This document shows positions 37,670-50,000 of a DNA stretch of 64,000 nt, one piece after another. Under the pieces are notes generated by a model. It searched no databases. It saw nothing but the letters and a program-made list of their open reading frames with translations, and was not told where the DNA came from. A program made the position numbers and the translations under genes. Numbering within the stretch: position 1 is the stretch's first letter; every line of letters starts with the position of its first letter. The DNA comes from Octopus sinensis (lineage: Eukaryota): the NCBI RefSeq assembly GCF_006345805.1, contig NC_043020.1, forward strand, positions 14,384,001 through 14,448,000. Direction: 5' to 3'.

Positions 37670-40600
37670 GTGTATGTTTGTCATCCCCCCACCTCCACCA
37701 TTGCTTTATAACCAATGTTGGTGTGTTCATGTCCCCGTAACCTAGCAGTTCAGCAAAAGAGACTGATAAAATAAGTAGTAGGTTTACAAAGAATAAGTCC
37801 TGGGGTTGATTTGTTCAACTAATGGCAGGGCTCCAGCATGGCCGCAATCAAATGACTGAAACAAATAAAAGAATATTAAATACATTCAGTGCTGGCTATA
37901 ATTTCTATAGAAAATCTATATAGATGACCTTAACAAGTGATGTGATAGCACTGCTAACACAGTAGAAGATGGTATTGACTTACAAAGGCGGCGAGCTGGC
38001 AGAAATGTTAGCATGCCAGGCGAAATGCTTAGCGGTATTTCGTCTGCCGTTATGTTCTGAGTTCAAATTCCGCCGAGGTCGACTTTGCCTTTCATCCTTT
38101 CGGGGTCGATAAATTAAGCATCAGTTATGCACTAGGGTCGATGTAATCGACTTAATACCTTTGTTTGTCCCCTTGTGGGTAATAAAGAAATGGGTATTGA
38201 CTTACAAAAATGTTTTATATACTTTATAGTATTTTTTTTATTGTATAACAAAACATTTAACAGCTGTTTTCATTTTTGGCATGGGTTGGACAGCTTAAGA
38301 ATTGGCAAGGCCAGAGGCTATATCAGCTTTCATAGCCTGGTGCCAAAGTTTTGAAGTTTCCAGACTTCAGTCTGATTATTCTATTACATAACTGTGGTTG
38401 AAGCCTTGGTGGAACATTGCTTTAAGCACCTCATAACATTTTAATTGTTTGGAATTTTCAGAAAATTCATGTTCTATACAAGGGAAAATCAGATTTTAAA
38501 ATATGGACAGTTCAAACTTTTGGCTTAAATCCCAGCAACGGGCCATTTTGGGGGAGAAAAATATTGGAAAGCTTCAATTTATGTCAGTGACAACCAGAAA
38601 CAAAGAAGGTAAGGTGGTCAAGAGATGTGCTAAAAATAACAGCTAAATAGTCCTTAAATCACAAAAACAATTCTTTTTGTTTTTGCATAATAGTATGAAT
38701 TCTTGTGTGTAGACATAATTTCGCAAAAAAATTCAAAAAAATGAAGAAGTTATAATGGGATACAAACAATAACTGAGCACCTTTTCAAACTCCACCTGTC
38801 TAACACGCGTGGACATGTTTGCAAAGTCAGAAAACAGCACAGCTCCCATGACTTTTGGAAACATTTTTTCACGCTGAGAGTTGCTGAAGCATGGAACAAA
38901 CTGCTGGCATCAGTTGTTAGTTGTCGGAGCACTGCATCCTTCAAAACTTCCATGCTTCCTGAGATTCACCAACACTACACCTGATTTTCTCCCCTCCATA
39001 CACACGCAAGCATGTATCTGACTCATACACTGTTCACTTCCCAGACATTTGTACATTACTGCATATGCTTTATACACACTTTCTGACAAGTTGTGGTGCA
39101 CTTGAGCACTGTATACAATAATTTCATCATATATATATTGGTGCTAAACCCTTTAGTGTTTAAACCGGCCATATCCAGCTCAAATATTCTACATGTTTTA
39201 TATTCAAACTAGCCTCTCACACCTAACCTACAGTGACATTCTAAAAATAAACAATCATATCATTGAAACATCAAAGCTATAAGATAATGCATGATTAATT
39301 CAAAACAATTTGAGTGAAAAAGTATTACATTTGATAGAGAAATTTGAACACCAAAGGATTAAACCAGAATTCTACTGCAATTTCTAGCTGATAGGCATTA
39401 AGAGTTAAGCACTAGAATGTGACAAAAATGTGCAGTGCCATCAACACTAAATTTAGTGTTGATGGACCATTCCAATTACTCTAAGTGATATAAATTGGCT
39501 AAAGTAAAATGTAACACTAAGTAACACTGCTTAAAACAACTGAGTATTGCATTCCTTTGAGCTTCTGGAATATTGAAGAATCTCCTCTATTTGGATTAAT
39601 GGAAGCGGTGCAGCTTCATACTCCTTAGCCTCGTATCATGCATTTTCTTCCTGCAACACAAAAAAAAAAAAGAAGCTAAATCTATACTGAAGAAAGTTAA
39701 ATTTTCCTCTCAGTTGGTTTTCCTCATTTATCCGTTCACAGTTGAAAGCATCTTAATCTTGTGATGTAACTCCAGTTTGAGCAGACAAGATTTGAGAGCA
39801 AAAGTAGTGTAAAATCATTGGAAATATCCTCTATTATTTGTGCCTTCCTTTTTGAAGAGGGTAGGGTGTGAGCTGAGAAAATTTGGCTGCTATTTCTAGA
39901 AGCTCGTAAAACCACATAGAGGCTTTTTCAATGCCTTACAATCATTCAGTTGAACTTTACTGACAGAATCGTCAGTGTACCAGGCAAATGCTTAGTGGCA
40001 TTTCATTTGTCTTTGTGTTCTGCATTCAAATTCCACCAAGGTCGACTTTGTCCATCATCCTCTTGGGGTTGATAAAATAAGTACCAGTTGATGTAATCAA
40101 CTTACCCTTTCCTTGAAACTACTAGCCTTGTGTCAAAATTTAAAACCATTATTAGTGCCTTACTAATCATGATTGAGCCAGTAATTGACTTGCTAGAAAT
40201 AGCAACGAAATCACCCTGTTTGATAAGGAATTCGTCAGAGTTCTATGAAGTCCTAAAAAACAGGTAGTTGATGGTTGTAACACCTTTCATTATAGACCTG
40301 CTTCGTTTGGGTTGACTTGGGGCTAAATATAATCTCAGATCAAATCCATAGGTCTTTCACTGTCAAATGACTGTTTAGAGCCAGAGAAGACCTATGATCC
40401 AAGATATTCCAGCTATGACCATCCTGTCATTTGTATATTGATATACTGACTTCAACACTACTATAGTGAGGAGTGAAGGTCTCTGCTCTGCACAGTTGCC
40501 TCGTTATGTCTCCAGCTGGGCCCTCTCTACTCTGCATTTCTTTCCACACCACACCCAGTCCTTTCTAGAACGTCAATCCCATGGAATTTCCTCCCGTTTC

Positions 40601-40841
40601 CGTGCGCATTTTTTCCGGCAGTCCTTCATTTCCAACTATTCAAGAGAAACGTCATCCATGTAGACCTCATTAGTGTAAGAAGATGTGTGAAGGCGATAAA
40701 CAGACACTCTGCCTTCCTTTTTGAAGAGGGTAGGGTGTGAGTTGAGAAAATTTGGCTGCTATTTCTAGAAGCTCGTAAAACCACATAGAGGCTTTCTCAA
40801 CGCCTAACAATCATTCAGTTGAGCTTTACTTTTATTAAATA

Positions 40842-41344
40842 CTAGCAGTATCGCCCGGCGTTGCTCGGGTTTGTAAGGGAAATAACTATATAAGCATTTT
40901 TAGAGAGTTACTTCCTTTATAGATGCCAATTCGGGCTTTCTTAGCCATTTCTGTTTTTGTGTCTTCAAGCCATGAAATCATTGTTCTAAAAGAACGCTGG
41001 TCTCCTTCACAACGCATTACGACGTTGATTTCTTTACACTCCCTTCCTCACAGCTTCACGAGGGAGGGAAGGGGGTGAAGCAAACAGGTGCAGCTGTGAG
41101 CGTGGACGCCGCCATCGACACACGATGCATTTTATGCATTAAAATGGAATAAAAAATTATGTTAAATTATTTTTTAAATCGTAGACTCATCGTTGACGCG
41201 CGCTAATAGTCAGACGGGCTCGATATGAATCACGACTATAAGATACCCGAATTTGGTTAAACTGCACCGCAAAATGTGGGAGGAGTTAGGAATCTAAATC
41301 GAAGGGGACAGACACTCACACAACTAGAGTTTTATATATATAGA
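40842..41344 (-). mobile_element. Non-autonomous Helitron-type element
   Basis: On the minus strand: 5' A|TC, 3' hairpin CCCG-AGCAACG-CCGGG then CTAG|T. Confidence 0.7.
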
Positions 41345-41445
41345 TATCATTACTGCAGTATTACAGTTCTTAAATAAATGTAGTACCTTTATTAAATATT
41401 AAAATATTATTTTGCATTGTATTCACTGTCGTATGTTTGTTATTA

Positions 41446-41801
41446 TCTTTATATATAAAAGTAAAGTTGTGTGTCTGTCTCCTATGATTTAGATTCCTAA
41501 CTACTCCCACATTTTGCAGTGCAGTTTAACCAAAACCGGGTATCTTATAGTCGTGATTCATATCGAGCCCTTCTGGGTATTAGCATGAGTCTACGATTTT
41601 AAAAATAATTTACCATCATTTTTTTCGCTATTATATAAGGGAAGTAACTCTCTAAAAATGTCTACGATGAGTCAACGATTTAAAAAGAATTTACCATAAT
41701 TTTTTTCCCATTTTTAATGCATTTTTTTACTATAACTCTCTAAAAATGCTTATATAGTTATTTCCCTTACAAATCCGAGCAACGCCGGGCGATACTGCTA
41801 G
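41446..41801 (+). mobile_element. Non-autonomous Helitron-type element (internally deleted), head-to-head with 40842-41344
   Basis: A|TC start, hairpin plus CTAG|T end; reverse complement of the neighbouring copy. Confidence 0.7.
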
Positions 41802-42452
41802 TGATGTATAAAAGTTTATTACCAAGCAATTTGAGGTTGCCGTTCGTTATTTCGTTTCGTTATTTTTCACGTTTTCTTTCGTTGTTCGTTTCGCTACGTT
41901 ATTATACATTTTTTTGTAATCACTCATTCTATGTCGGCAACTTTCAGAGCGGGAAATTTGACAACATTTCATGAATTGATGGAAGCATTTAAAAAAATAT
42001 AAACGTGTTTTAATGATGGACACACACATATAGAGGTTTGAAAATTGGATTTATCTGTGAATTACTAACAATTTAAATACACTCTCTGTCTAGTTGTTCA
42101 ACAACACTTCGGCCTTTCTGTTTTAAAAGTGTTTACATATGTATGTTGGTATGTGTATATGTATATATATGGCCTATATGGCAAACATTCGATATAAGTG
42201 CCTATATATATATATATATATGTGTGTGTGTGCGTGTATGTATATATATATATATGTGTGTGTGTGTGTGCGTGTATGTAAGTGAGTGTATATGTATATA
42301 TTTTAACAAAAACTGTCCAACGAACGGGAACGTGAAACTCAGAGTAACAGGTTTTGTTGAATTTCTGCTGCTTTTAAATTAAGCATATTACTCTACCTCT
42401 GGTATTTGAGTACTCTTTTTTCCACCTTGTTTCACATTTATGTGTTTACTCC

Positions 42453-42493
<41 letters not shown>

Positions 42494-42689
42494 TTATGTA
42501 CACAACTTAAGTGTTGGTTGTCGGAGAAAAAGAGTTCACGATATGCCATTCTTTCATTACCATAGCAGAGATTAATATACTTTGGTGAATCAGTCTCTTG
42601 AAGATCCTATGCACCTATAGGCAAAATTAAGAGTAGCAAGAGACTACCAAAATAAAATATTAATCTCTCCTATAGTATCGAACACCTAC

Positions 42690-43045
42690 ATTTTCAAACT
42701 CCACCCGTCCAACACCCGTGGACATATTTACAAAGTCAGAAAACAGCACAGCTCCCATGACTTTCGGAAACATTTTTTCACGCTGAGAGTTGCTGAAGCA
42801 TGGAACAAACTGCCGGCATCAGTTGTTAGTTGTCGGAGCACTGCATCCTTCAAAACTTCCATGCTTCCTGAGATTCGCCAACACTGCACCTGATTTTCTC
42901 CCCTCCATACACACACAAGCACGTATCTGACTCATACATTGTTTGCTTTCCAGACATTTGTACATTACTGCATACACTTTATATGCACTTTCTGACAAGT
43001 TGTGGTGCACCTGAGCACTGTATACAATAATTTCATTATTATTTT
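42690..43045 (+). mobile_element. CR1-like LINE 3' end (copies at about 38775-39125 + and 30880-31205 -)
   Basis: Frame reads [58 protein letters not shown], the TRGH...FFxxRV..WN.LP motif; the 3' UTR ends in AATAAT(T)TCATT repeats. Confidence 0.78.
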
Positions 43046-43307
43046 ACATCACCCTCACTGTAAGACTCCTCGACACAAAAATACGAAAACTAGTAAGTCG
43101 GACGTGTCTTGGATCCATTAATTAAATATCAGTAATTCATCAATTTTTGCTGGTATTTACAATTGTTTAAGAAGAAATTCTCAATTGTTAAATGAGAAAA
43201 TTAACATAAAAGGTCATGATATTTTTAAAAAACTGTTTCAACTTCATTCATTTGATACCTGTAGCTGTAACCTGACTAGATGAGATTTATATTAGGTTTA
43301 CAATAAC

Positions 43308-43569
43308 AATTATGGCGATCTTTCGTCTCTAGTAGACCTTTCCGTCGATTACACAACATACTGTCTGTCTCCCACACCCCATCAAACACACACACATGTA
43401 CATCAATGCTCCCATGCACGGTAACTTCCCTCATCATACAATCGCTTTCTCTTAGTCTCTTTCGCTCTCATTACTTCAAAGGTTCCCGCAAGCCCATATG
43501 TAAAAAAAAAAAAAATTTTTTACGGAAATCGACGGAAAGGTCTACTAGAGACGAAAGATTGCCACAATT
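43308..43569. mobile_element. MITE-like element with ~42-bp terminal inverted repeats
   Basis: ATGGCGATCTTTCGTCTCTAGTAGACCTTTCCGTCGATT / AATCGACGGAAAGGTCTACTAGAGACGAAAGATTGCCAC. Confidence 0.7.
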
Positions 43570-45409
43570 ATTTCAGTGTTATGTTGGATATTTGTTAAAA
43601 CAGTTTCTCATTCCCTCGTAGTAAATGTTTTTCTGAGATATTTCTAGGTAGAGGTAAAGAATGTGTATACTACCCGTTTTCAGGGGGTGGGGTTGTATTC
43701 AAAAGATTTTTTCGGATTTCGATATAGAATATGATTTTGCCCAGAAATCACGCCAGTGTGGCGAAGGTAAAGAATACGCACACCTCCCGTTTTCGGTGTA
43801 ACTCTAAACCTAAACGCCGAAAACGGGTGGTGTGCGTATTTTTTTTTTTTTATGGGCCCGGTTTCTATGGTGTATGTGTTTCCCCCCCAGGTGGACGGGA
43901 CGCCAGTCCATCGCAGCGTTACTCAAGAAACAGGAAGAAAGTGTACAACAGCGGTCGTCACCACCCCCTGCCGGAGCCTCGTGGAGCTTTTAGGTGTTTT
44001 CGCTCAATAAACACACACAACGCCCGGTCTGAGAATCGAAACCGCGAGTCCGTTGTCCTAAACACTGGGCCCTTGGTCGAAACACTCAATGGCTTTCCCA
44101 CCTCCACCACCCATCACCTCCTCGCTTAAAAAAAAAAAAAACTCAGAATGTTTAACTTTCGATTGATGTTTCATGCATGCGTAGAATTCTACTGAAATAG
44201 CAGATGTCAAAAATATCAGACCACCACCAGAAATCCCGACATGCTAAAAACAACAGCTAAACGACATTATTTCTGGAAAAACTTCTCCGCTTTCCAAAAA
44301 TCTAAAAGTAAAACATTCAGAGGTGATGGGTGAAAGTTGGGAAAGGGGATTTGAGTGTTTCTATAAGAGAAATTTTTAAAAAAAACTCTTAAAAATTCGT
44401 AATCTCTATTTTTCTACGTGGATTAAAAAAAAAAAAAATTCGAAAAAAGTTAGAAATGAAAAATTCGGGCGTGGGGGGGGGGGGTTTAAGGTTATTAACA
44501 TTTTGAAAACGTGTTTTGCGGGGTGCAAAATCCTAATTCTCCTATATCGAAAACAGAAGCCCGAAGAAATTTTGGAAAAAAATAAGGAAGGGGGATAATG
44601 TTTCTAAATACACTCATCACAAATACGAATTACTAATTAAAAAAAAGATAATTTCAATTTAAGTTGAGATGTAATTTTATAATTCATACTGAAGTTTTAC
44701 CTTGTGTGTCTGTGCAAAAGAAGTTATTTTTACATACCTTTCTGAATTCCAAAAGAAGAAAAAACTTTCGACAGACTCCAGCCATTGAGTTCCCAAACAA
44801 GTCTTGCATGTGTATCTATTTATTTGTTCCTTCTCGAGCCATGCCTGGCTCATAAGGGCCAGTTTCCCAGTTTCCTTGGCGTATAGGTTCCCCACCTGGA
44901 CAGGACGCTGGTCCGTTGCAGGTGAGCTTCAAGATGCAGAAGGAAAGAGTGAGACGAAGTTGTGGCGAAAGAGTCAGCAGAAGTTCGCCATTACCTTCTA
45001 CCAGAGCTGCGTGGAGCCTAGGTGTTTCGCCCATAAACACACACATCACCAGGTCTGAGATTCGAACCCACGATCCCTCAACCGCGAGTCCGCTGCTCTA
45101 ACCACTAGGCCATGTAACTCCACAATGTGTATCTGTTGTATTGAATGCGCAAGAGAAACATGAAGATGTACACATAAATAAGTTATGTTTGCAATTATCT
45201 ATATCACCGATAGCAAAGTTTGTATAAAATGAAGTTAAATCCACGTTTAGTCACAGATCGATCAAGTTGTTAAAGTTTTAATAGTTCTGTGACAGAGTGT
45301 CTTGATACATTCTAATAAAAATGTGATAGAAAGGGTTAATGCCACTCTCTCTTTGGAAGAGAAATTAATTTTTGGTGGTGAAGAAAACATTTGCTTTTGC
45401 ATATTCAAT

Positions 45410-45789
45410 CATCATCATCATCATTGTTCGACCGTGGTCGAGACAATGGAATTTACCATGCTACGCCAGACTTCACGGTCCATCATGGCATTACGGAGGT
45501 CCTGTTGCTGGATGCCTGTATCCCTGGAGATTACATCAGGGTAGGAGAGTGTGCGCCCTCTGGTATTGCGAGTAGATGGCTTCCAGAGGAGAAGAGTAGA
45601 AATTACTTCTTTTTCAGCTCTACAACAATGTCCAGCAAACTGGACTCTCCTACCTTTCACAAGAGATGACACAGGTGGTAGTTTCCCATATATTTGCATT
45701 TTGGTTTGATGGCGCTTCCACGAGAGGTTTTGAGCTCTCATAAGGAGGCGAGTGTAGGTTCCATCCAACCGCCTCTCAAGCTTCTTTGA
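45410..45789 (-). mobile_element. 5'-truncated RTE-clade LINE (RT C-terminus intact) with (TGA)n tail
   Basis: ORF ...RRVQFAGHCCRAEKEVISTLLLWKP...DREVWRSMVNSIVSTTVEQ*, (TGA)4 tail, 11-bp TSD GCATATTCAAT (45399-409, 45790-800). Confidence 0.85.
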
Positions 45790-46918
45790 GCATATTCAAT
45801 ACAACAGATACATGTGCAAGACTTGCCTGGGGATTCAATCACTGGAGTTTGCTGAAAGCCTTTCTTTTGGAATTCAGAAAGGTATGTACAAATAACTTCT
45901 TTTGCACACACACAAATTCAGTTGTCTTCTACTATAGCCTTGGGTTGACCAAAGCCTTGTGAGTGGATTTAGTAGACAGAAACTGAAAGAAGCCCATTGT
46001 GTCCAGCATGGAAAGCGGATGTTAAGTGATGATGATGTGTGTATGTCTTTGTGTCTATGTTTGTCCCCTACCACCAATGATTGCTTACAATCCCTGTAAC
46101 TTAGTGGTTCAACAAAAGAGACTGACAATACTAGGCTCAAAAGAGTGTCCTGGAGTTAATTTGTTCTACTAAAACCCTTCAAGGCAGTGCCCCAACATGG
46201 CTGCAGTCAAATGACTGAAACAAGTAAAAGATATAAGATATATATAGGAGAGGAAAAATTATAAGGCAGAATGCTAAATTGAAAGTAAATTTTAATAAAA
46301 ATGGGTGTATGAAAATTTACTTTCAATTTAGCAATCTGCCTCTCCTATCATTTCTCCACATGCGGTTAACACAACCCCACTATTTACTGATTTATATTTA
46401 TATATATATATATATATATATAAAATGAGATAGGGGTTGTAAATTCAACCCTCCATGGGATAACATATATCCAATATACTGCTAGAGAAGTACCCAACAA
46501 AGCTAATACATAAATGTTAAAAATTGCGATGCAATTAATTCATTTACTGTATTAGGTGGGCAAAGGTAAAATTATTTTTACCGTAAATTAATAATACAAA
46601 ATGATAAAATGGAGAAATATATCTAAATCAATCATCAACTATCAGATATTAAAGTATTGATTCGGTATTATCTGATAGTTGATGATTGATTTAGATATAT
46701 TTCTCCATTTTCTCATTTTGTATTATATATATATATAAACTCCTAGAGTAATAGGTTTTGTAGCACAAATAGGTGAAGGGATTTTATGAAAATAATGTTC
46801 ATAGTAGAGACAGAGCAAGGTGAAACAATGATGTTATGTTGTCTAAAAAATGTCAGTTTGTCTTAATGATAAATTAACTATTTTGCTTCATTTCAGATTG
46901 CCAAATATCATCATCATC

Positions 46919-47008
46919 ATGTCACAGTTATTGTTTGTTGAAGATGTTCGAAGTTGGGAGTCAACAAAATGTCAGCAGGAGCTTGACCATGCTCTCCCAA
47001 AGCTTGTT
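46919..47008 (+). CDS. FIRRM: FIRRM coding exon 1 (exon starts 46897); followed by a U12-type donor GTATCCTTT
   Basis: Acceptor tttcag at 46896, ATG at 46919, 30 codons, donor GTT|gtatccttt. Confidence 0.88.
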
Positions 47009-50000
47009 GTATCCTTTAGTTTTCATTAAATTTAACACAGCTGATATGATCGGTTAATTTTCTATGATACTTAATTGAAAATGTATTCACATGCAAAAGC
47101 TTGAAAGAAATTAAGCTAGCATACCTCGCTGGATGTACAATGTCAGTGTGCACATATGACAGAGTTTAAGTGTCTTAGAAAAATTGGGTATAAGAGACAT
47201 CAGACCTGGTGTGCAAGGGAGAAGACTGTGCGGGTATGAACATGTATGCGTATGTATGAGGACTGCTGCGTAAAAAGTGTCAATCTCTAATTATGGGACC
47301 TTTTCCTTTTGAACAGCACATGTCAACACAATTTCTAGTTAACTAAACACTTTAAAACTTCGTATACTGGTAGAATGTGTCAAAATAAAACATTTTCTTC
47401 TCTTGGCTTTCTTGAGAAAATTGTAATTTGTTTGTTTAACGTAGTTTAATTTTTCGACTTTTAACCAATGAATCGTCTCTATTTAGCTAAAATCATTTGC
47501 TGCATCTAAAACTGAGACAACATCCTGTCACTAACCCTCAACCTAACCCTAAATTTTTTTTCTTAATTGTTACGCGTGTAAAAAAAACAAAAGCAATGGA
47601 AAATAATTTAAACAATTAACAAACAAAATAATTCTATAATTTTATACACACGCGTAACAATTAAATTAATTTAACAATAAGGAAAAAAAAATTTAGGGTT
47701 AGGTTGAGGGTGAGGTAACCCTCAGTTTTAGACGCAGCAAATGATTTTAGCTAAATAGAGGCGATTCATTGGTTAAAATTTGAAAAATTAAACTACGTTA
47801 AACAAACAAATTACAATTTTCTCAAGAAAGCCAGGAGAAAAAAAGGTTTTATTTTGACACATTCTACCAGTATACAAAGTTTTAAAGTACTTTAGTTAAC
47901 TAGAAATTGTGTTGGTGTGTGCCGTTCAAAAGGAAAAGATCCTAATTATGGAGGGAACCAGTGGAAGAAGTGAAACAAAAGTAGTCAAATTTGATCTTCA
48001 GTTGTTGAGTCACATGGAGGCAATGACAACTGAGACTTCTGGCAATTTGCTGTGCCTGAGAAGACAATGTCAGGCTAAGTAAAATCGTGGTTGTGGCCAG
48101 TGCTGGTGACATGTAAAAGACACCCAGTACACTCTGTAAAGTGGTTTGCGTTAGGAAGGGCATCCAGCCATGGAAACCAAGCTAAAACAGGTGACTGGAG
48201 CCTGGTGCAGCTCTCCGACTTATCAGCTCCAGTCAAACCATGCAACCCATGCCATTATAGAAAACAGACATTAAATGATGAAGATCATGATGTATTCAGT
48301 TATGTTGGAATTTAGTCACAATCAGTATTGTATTAAGATGTATTGGCCAGTGGTATAACTAGAGTATGTGCCACTTGGAGAAACCTTCGAGTTTGTCCCA
48401 CCCCCACCTCATCCCAGGTTTATACATCAGACCCCAAAGTGCCACCCCAACCCTTAACTACATTACTGGTATCAGCCAAATTAAAAGCAACAACACTCTT
48501 CAAAATTCTATACACTTCACCTTTCCTGGTATTAAACACTTTGGACTCCAGTTATTTAAAGAGAAACAGATAAAAAAAAACCCCAGAATTTCTGCAATAC
48601 CCAAATATCAAGCCATTATTACTGCAACTCATAATTATCCAAAAGACAATTCTCCTAATTATAAAATAGTTGTTAAGAACATTGTTATGAACAGTTGAGT
48701 TATTTTCCTTAATTTACTCCAGTCTTGCTTTTCCAGTGATATCAGTGTTGATAGTAAAGTTGGTAAGTAAAATATTTTGTAGTGATTAGTCAGTTCTTGT
48801 AGACGCCAGCTGGTAGTTAGTTTCTTGAGCCCAGAAAGATGGAAGGTAAAGTCAATCCTGGCATCATCCTGATTCCAAAAAGGTATAATATGTCTATGTA
48901 GGGCAAATATAGACTGAAATACAGGGGTCCCAGACAGACAGAATTTCACTTTTATTGTTATAGATAACTAGTCCAGGAGCTTTTTGATGCCACCTTGAAT
49001 TTGTAGTGATGTCTTATAAAGACACTAGATTGACCCAATGTATTTCAACATAGCAACTGGATTGGCTCAAAACCTAGAGGAATAGAGATACAACCACATT
49101 GATTACATCTTGATGTCATCTAGTACTTTTGTACACCGGGAACATTGGAAAACTGAGCGGTAGTAGTAGTAGCTGCATATTGTTATTGGCAGGATTTGTA
49201 GACAGACATAGCCATGCGTTATACACATTCCCTCGTCTCTAACCCTAACCCAAATTGTGTGACTCAGAAGCTGAAATTTCTTTGTCAGTTTGTTTCTTAG
49301 GTTTTCTCAAAGTTTCTAACTTACAACATCACAGCATGTATCAGAATTGTGTGAACTGATGGTAACTTAGAGCCTCAAAAAGCAGAATTTAACAAATTTT
49401 GGCACAAGGCCTGAAATTGTGGGGGAAGGGTTGAGTCAATTACTTTGACCCCAGTGCTCAACTGGTACTCAATTTAGCGACCCCAAAAGGATGAAAGACA
49501 AAGTCAACCTTGGCAGAATATTTGAACTCGGAACATAAAGATGGATGAAATATCGCTAAGCATTTTGCCCAGCATGCTAATGATTCTGCCAGTTGGCCAG
49601 AATATTGGAGGGAGTTAATTGTTAACCTTGTGGTTTGTATCAAAATACAAATGTCTACAACCACTACTACTACTACTACCATGCAGTGGTCCAATTTTTT
49701 TTTTTTTTATGCAAATAGAATCTTTTATATCAACTAACTTGGTGATTCCCAAACTTTTTTCAGGTTGTGGCACTCAGGCCACATTCCTTCCCCCGCTCCA
49801 CAACCCACAAATGTAGTTCACTTTCTGAAGCAACTTCAAAACAACTATTTATTTCACTAATAGAACTTAACACAATTAACTCACTATTTTGTTTTTTACA
49901 CATCCACCCACCCCCACTTTGGGCCACCCCATTACTTTTCTTCAATGGCCCCTGGATCTGTCCACTCTCCTTAAGGGTAGGGCAGTACTACCCACTTTGA

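Noticed and set aside
48451-48476. CCCTTAAC U12-like branch point followed by AG
   Set aside because: The downstream frame hits TAA at once (CCA AAT TAA).
49335-49361. Candidate FIRRM exon 2 (reads SMYQNCVN* or HVSELCELM)
   Set aside because: It has either an in-frame stop or the wrong phase. 48723-48762 has a U12 branch point and the right phase.
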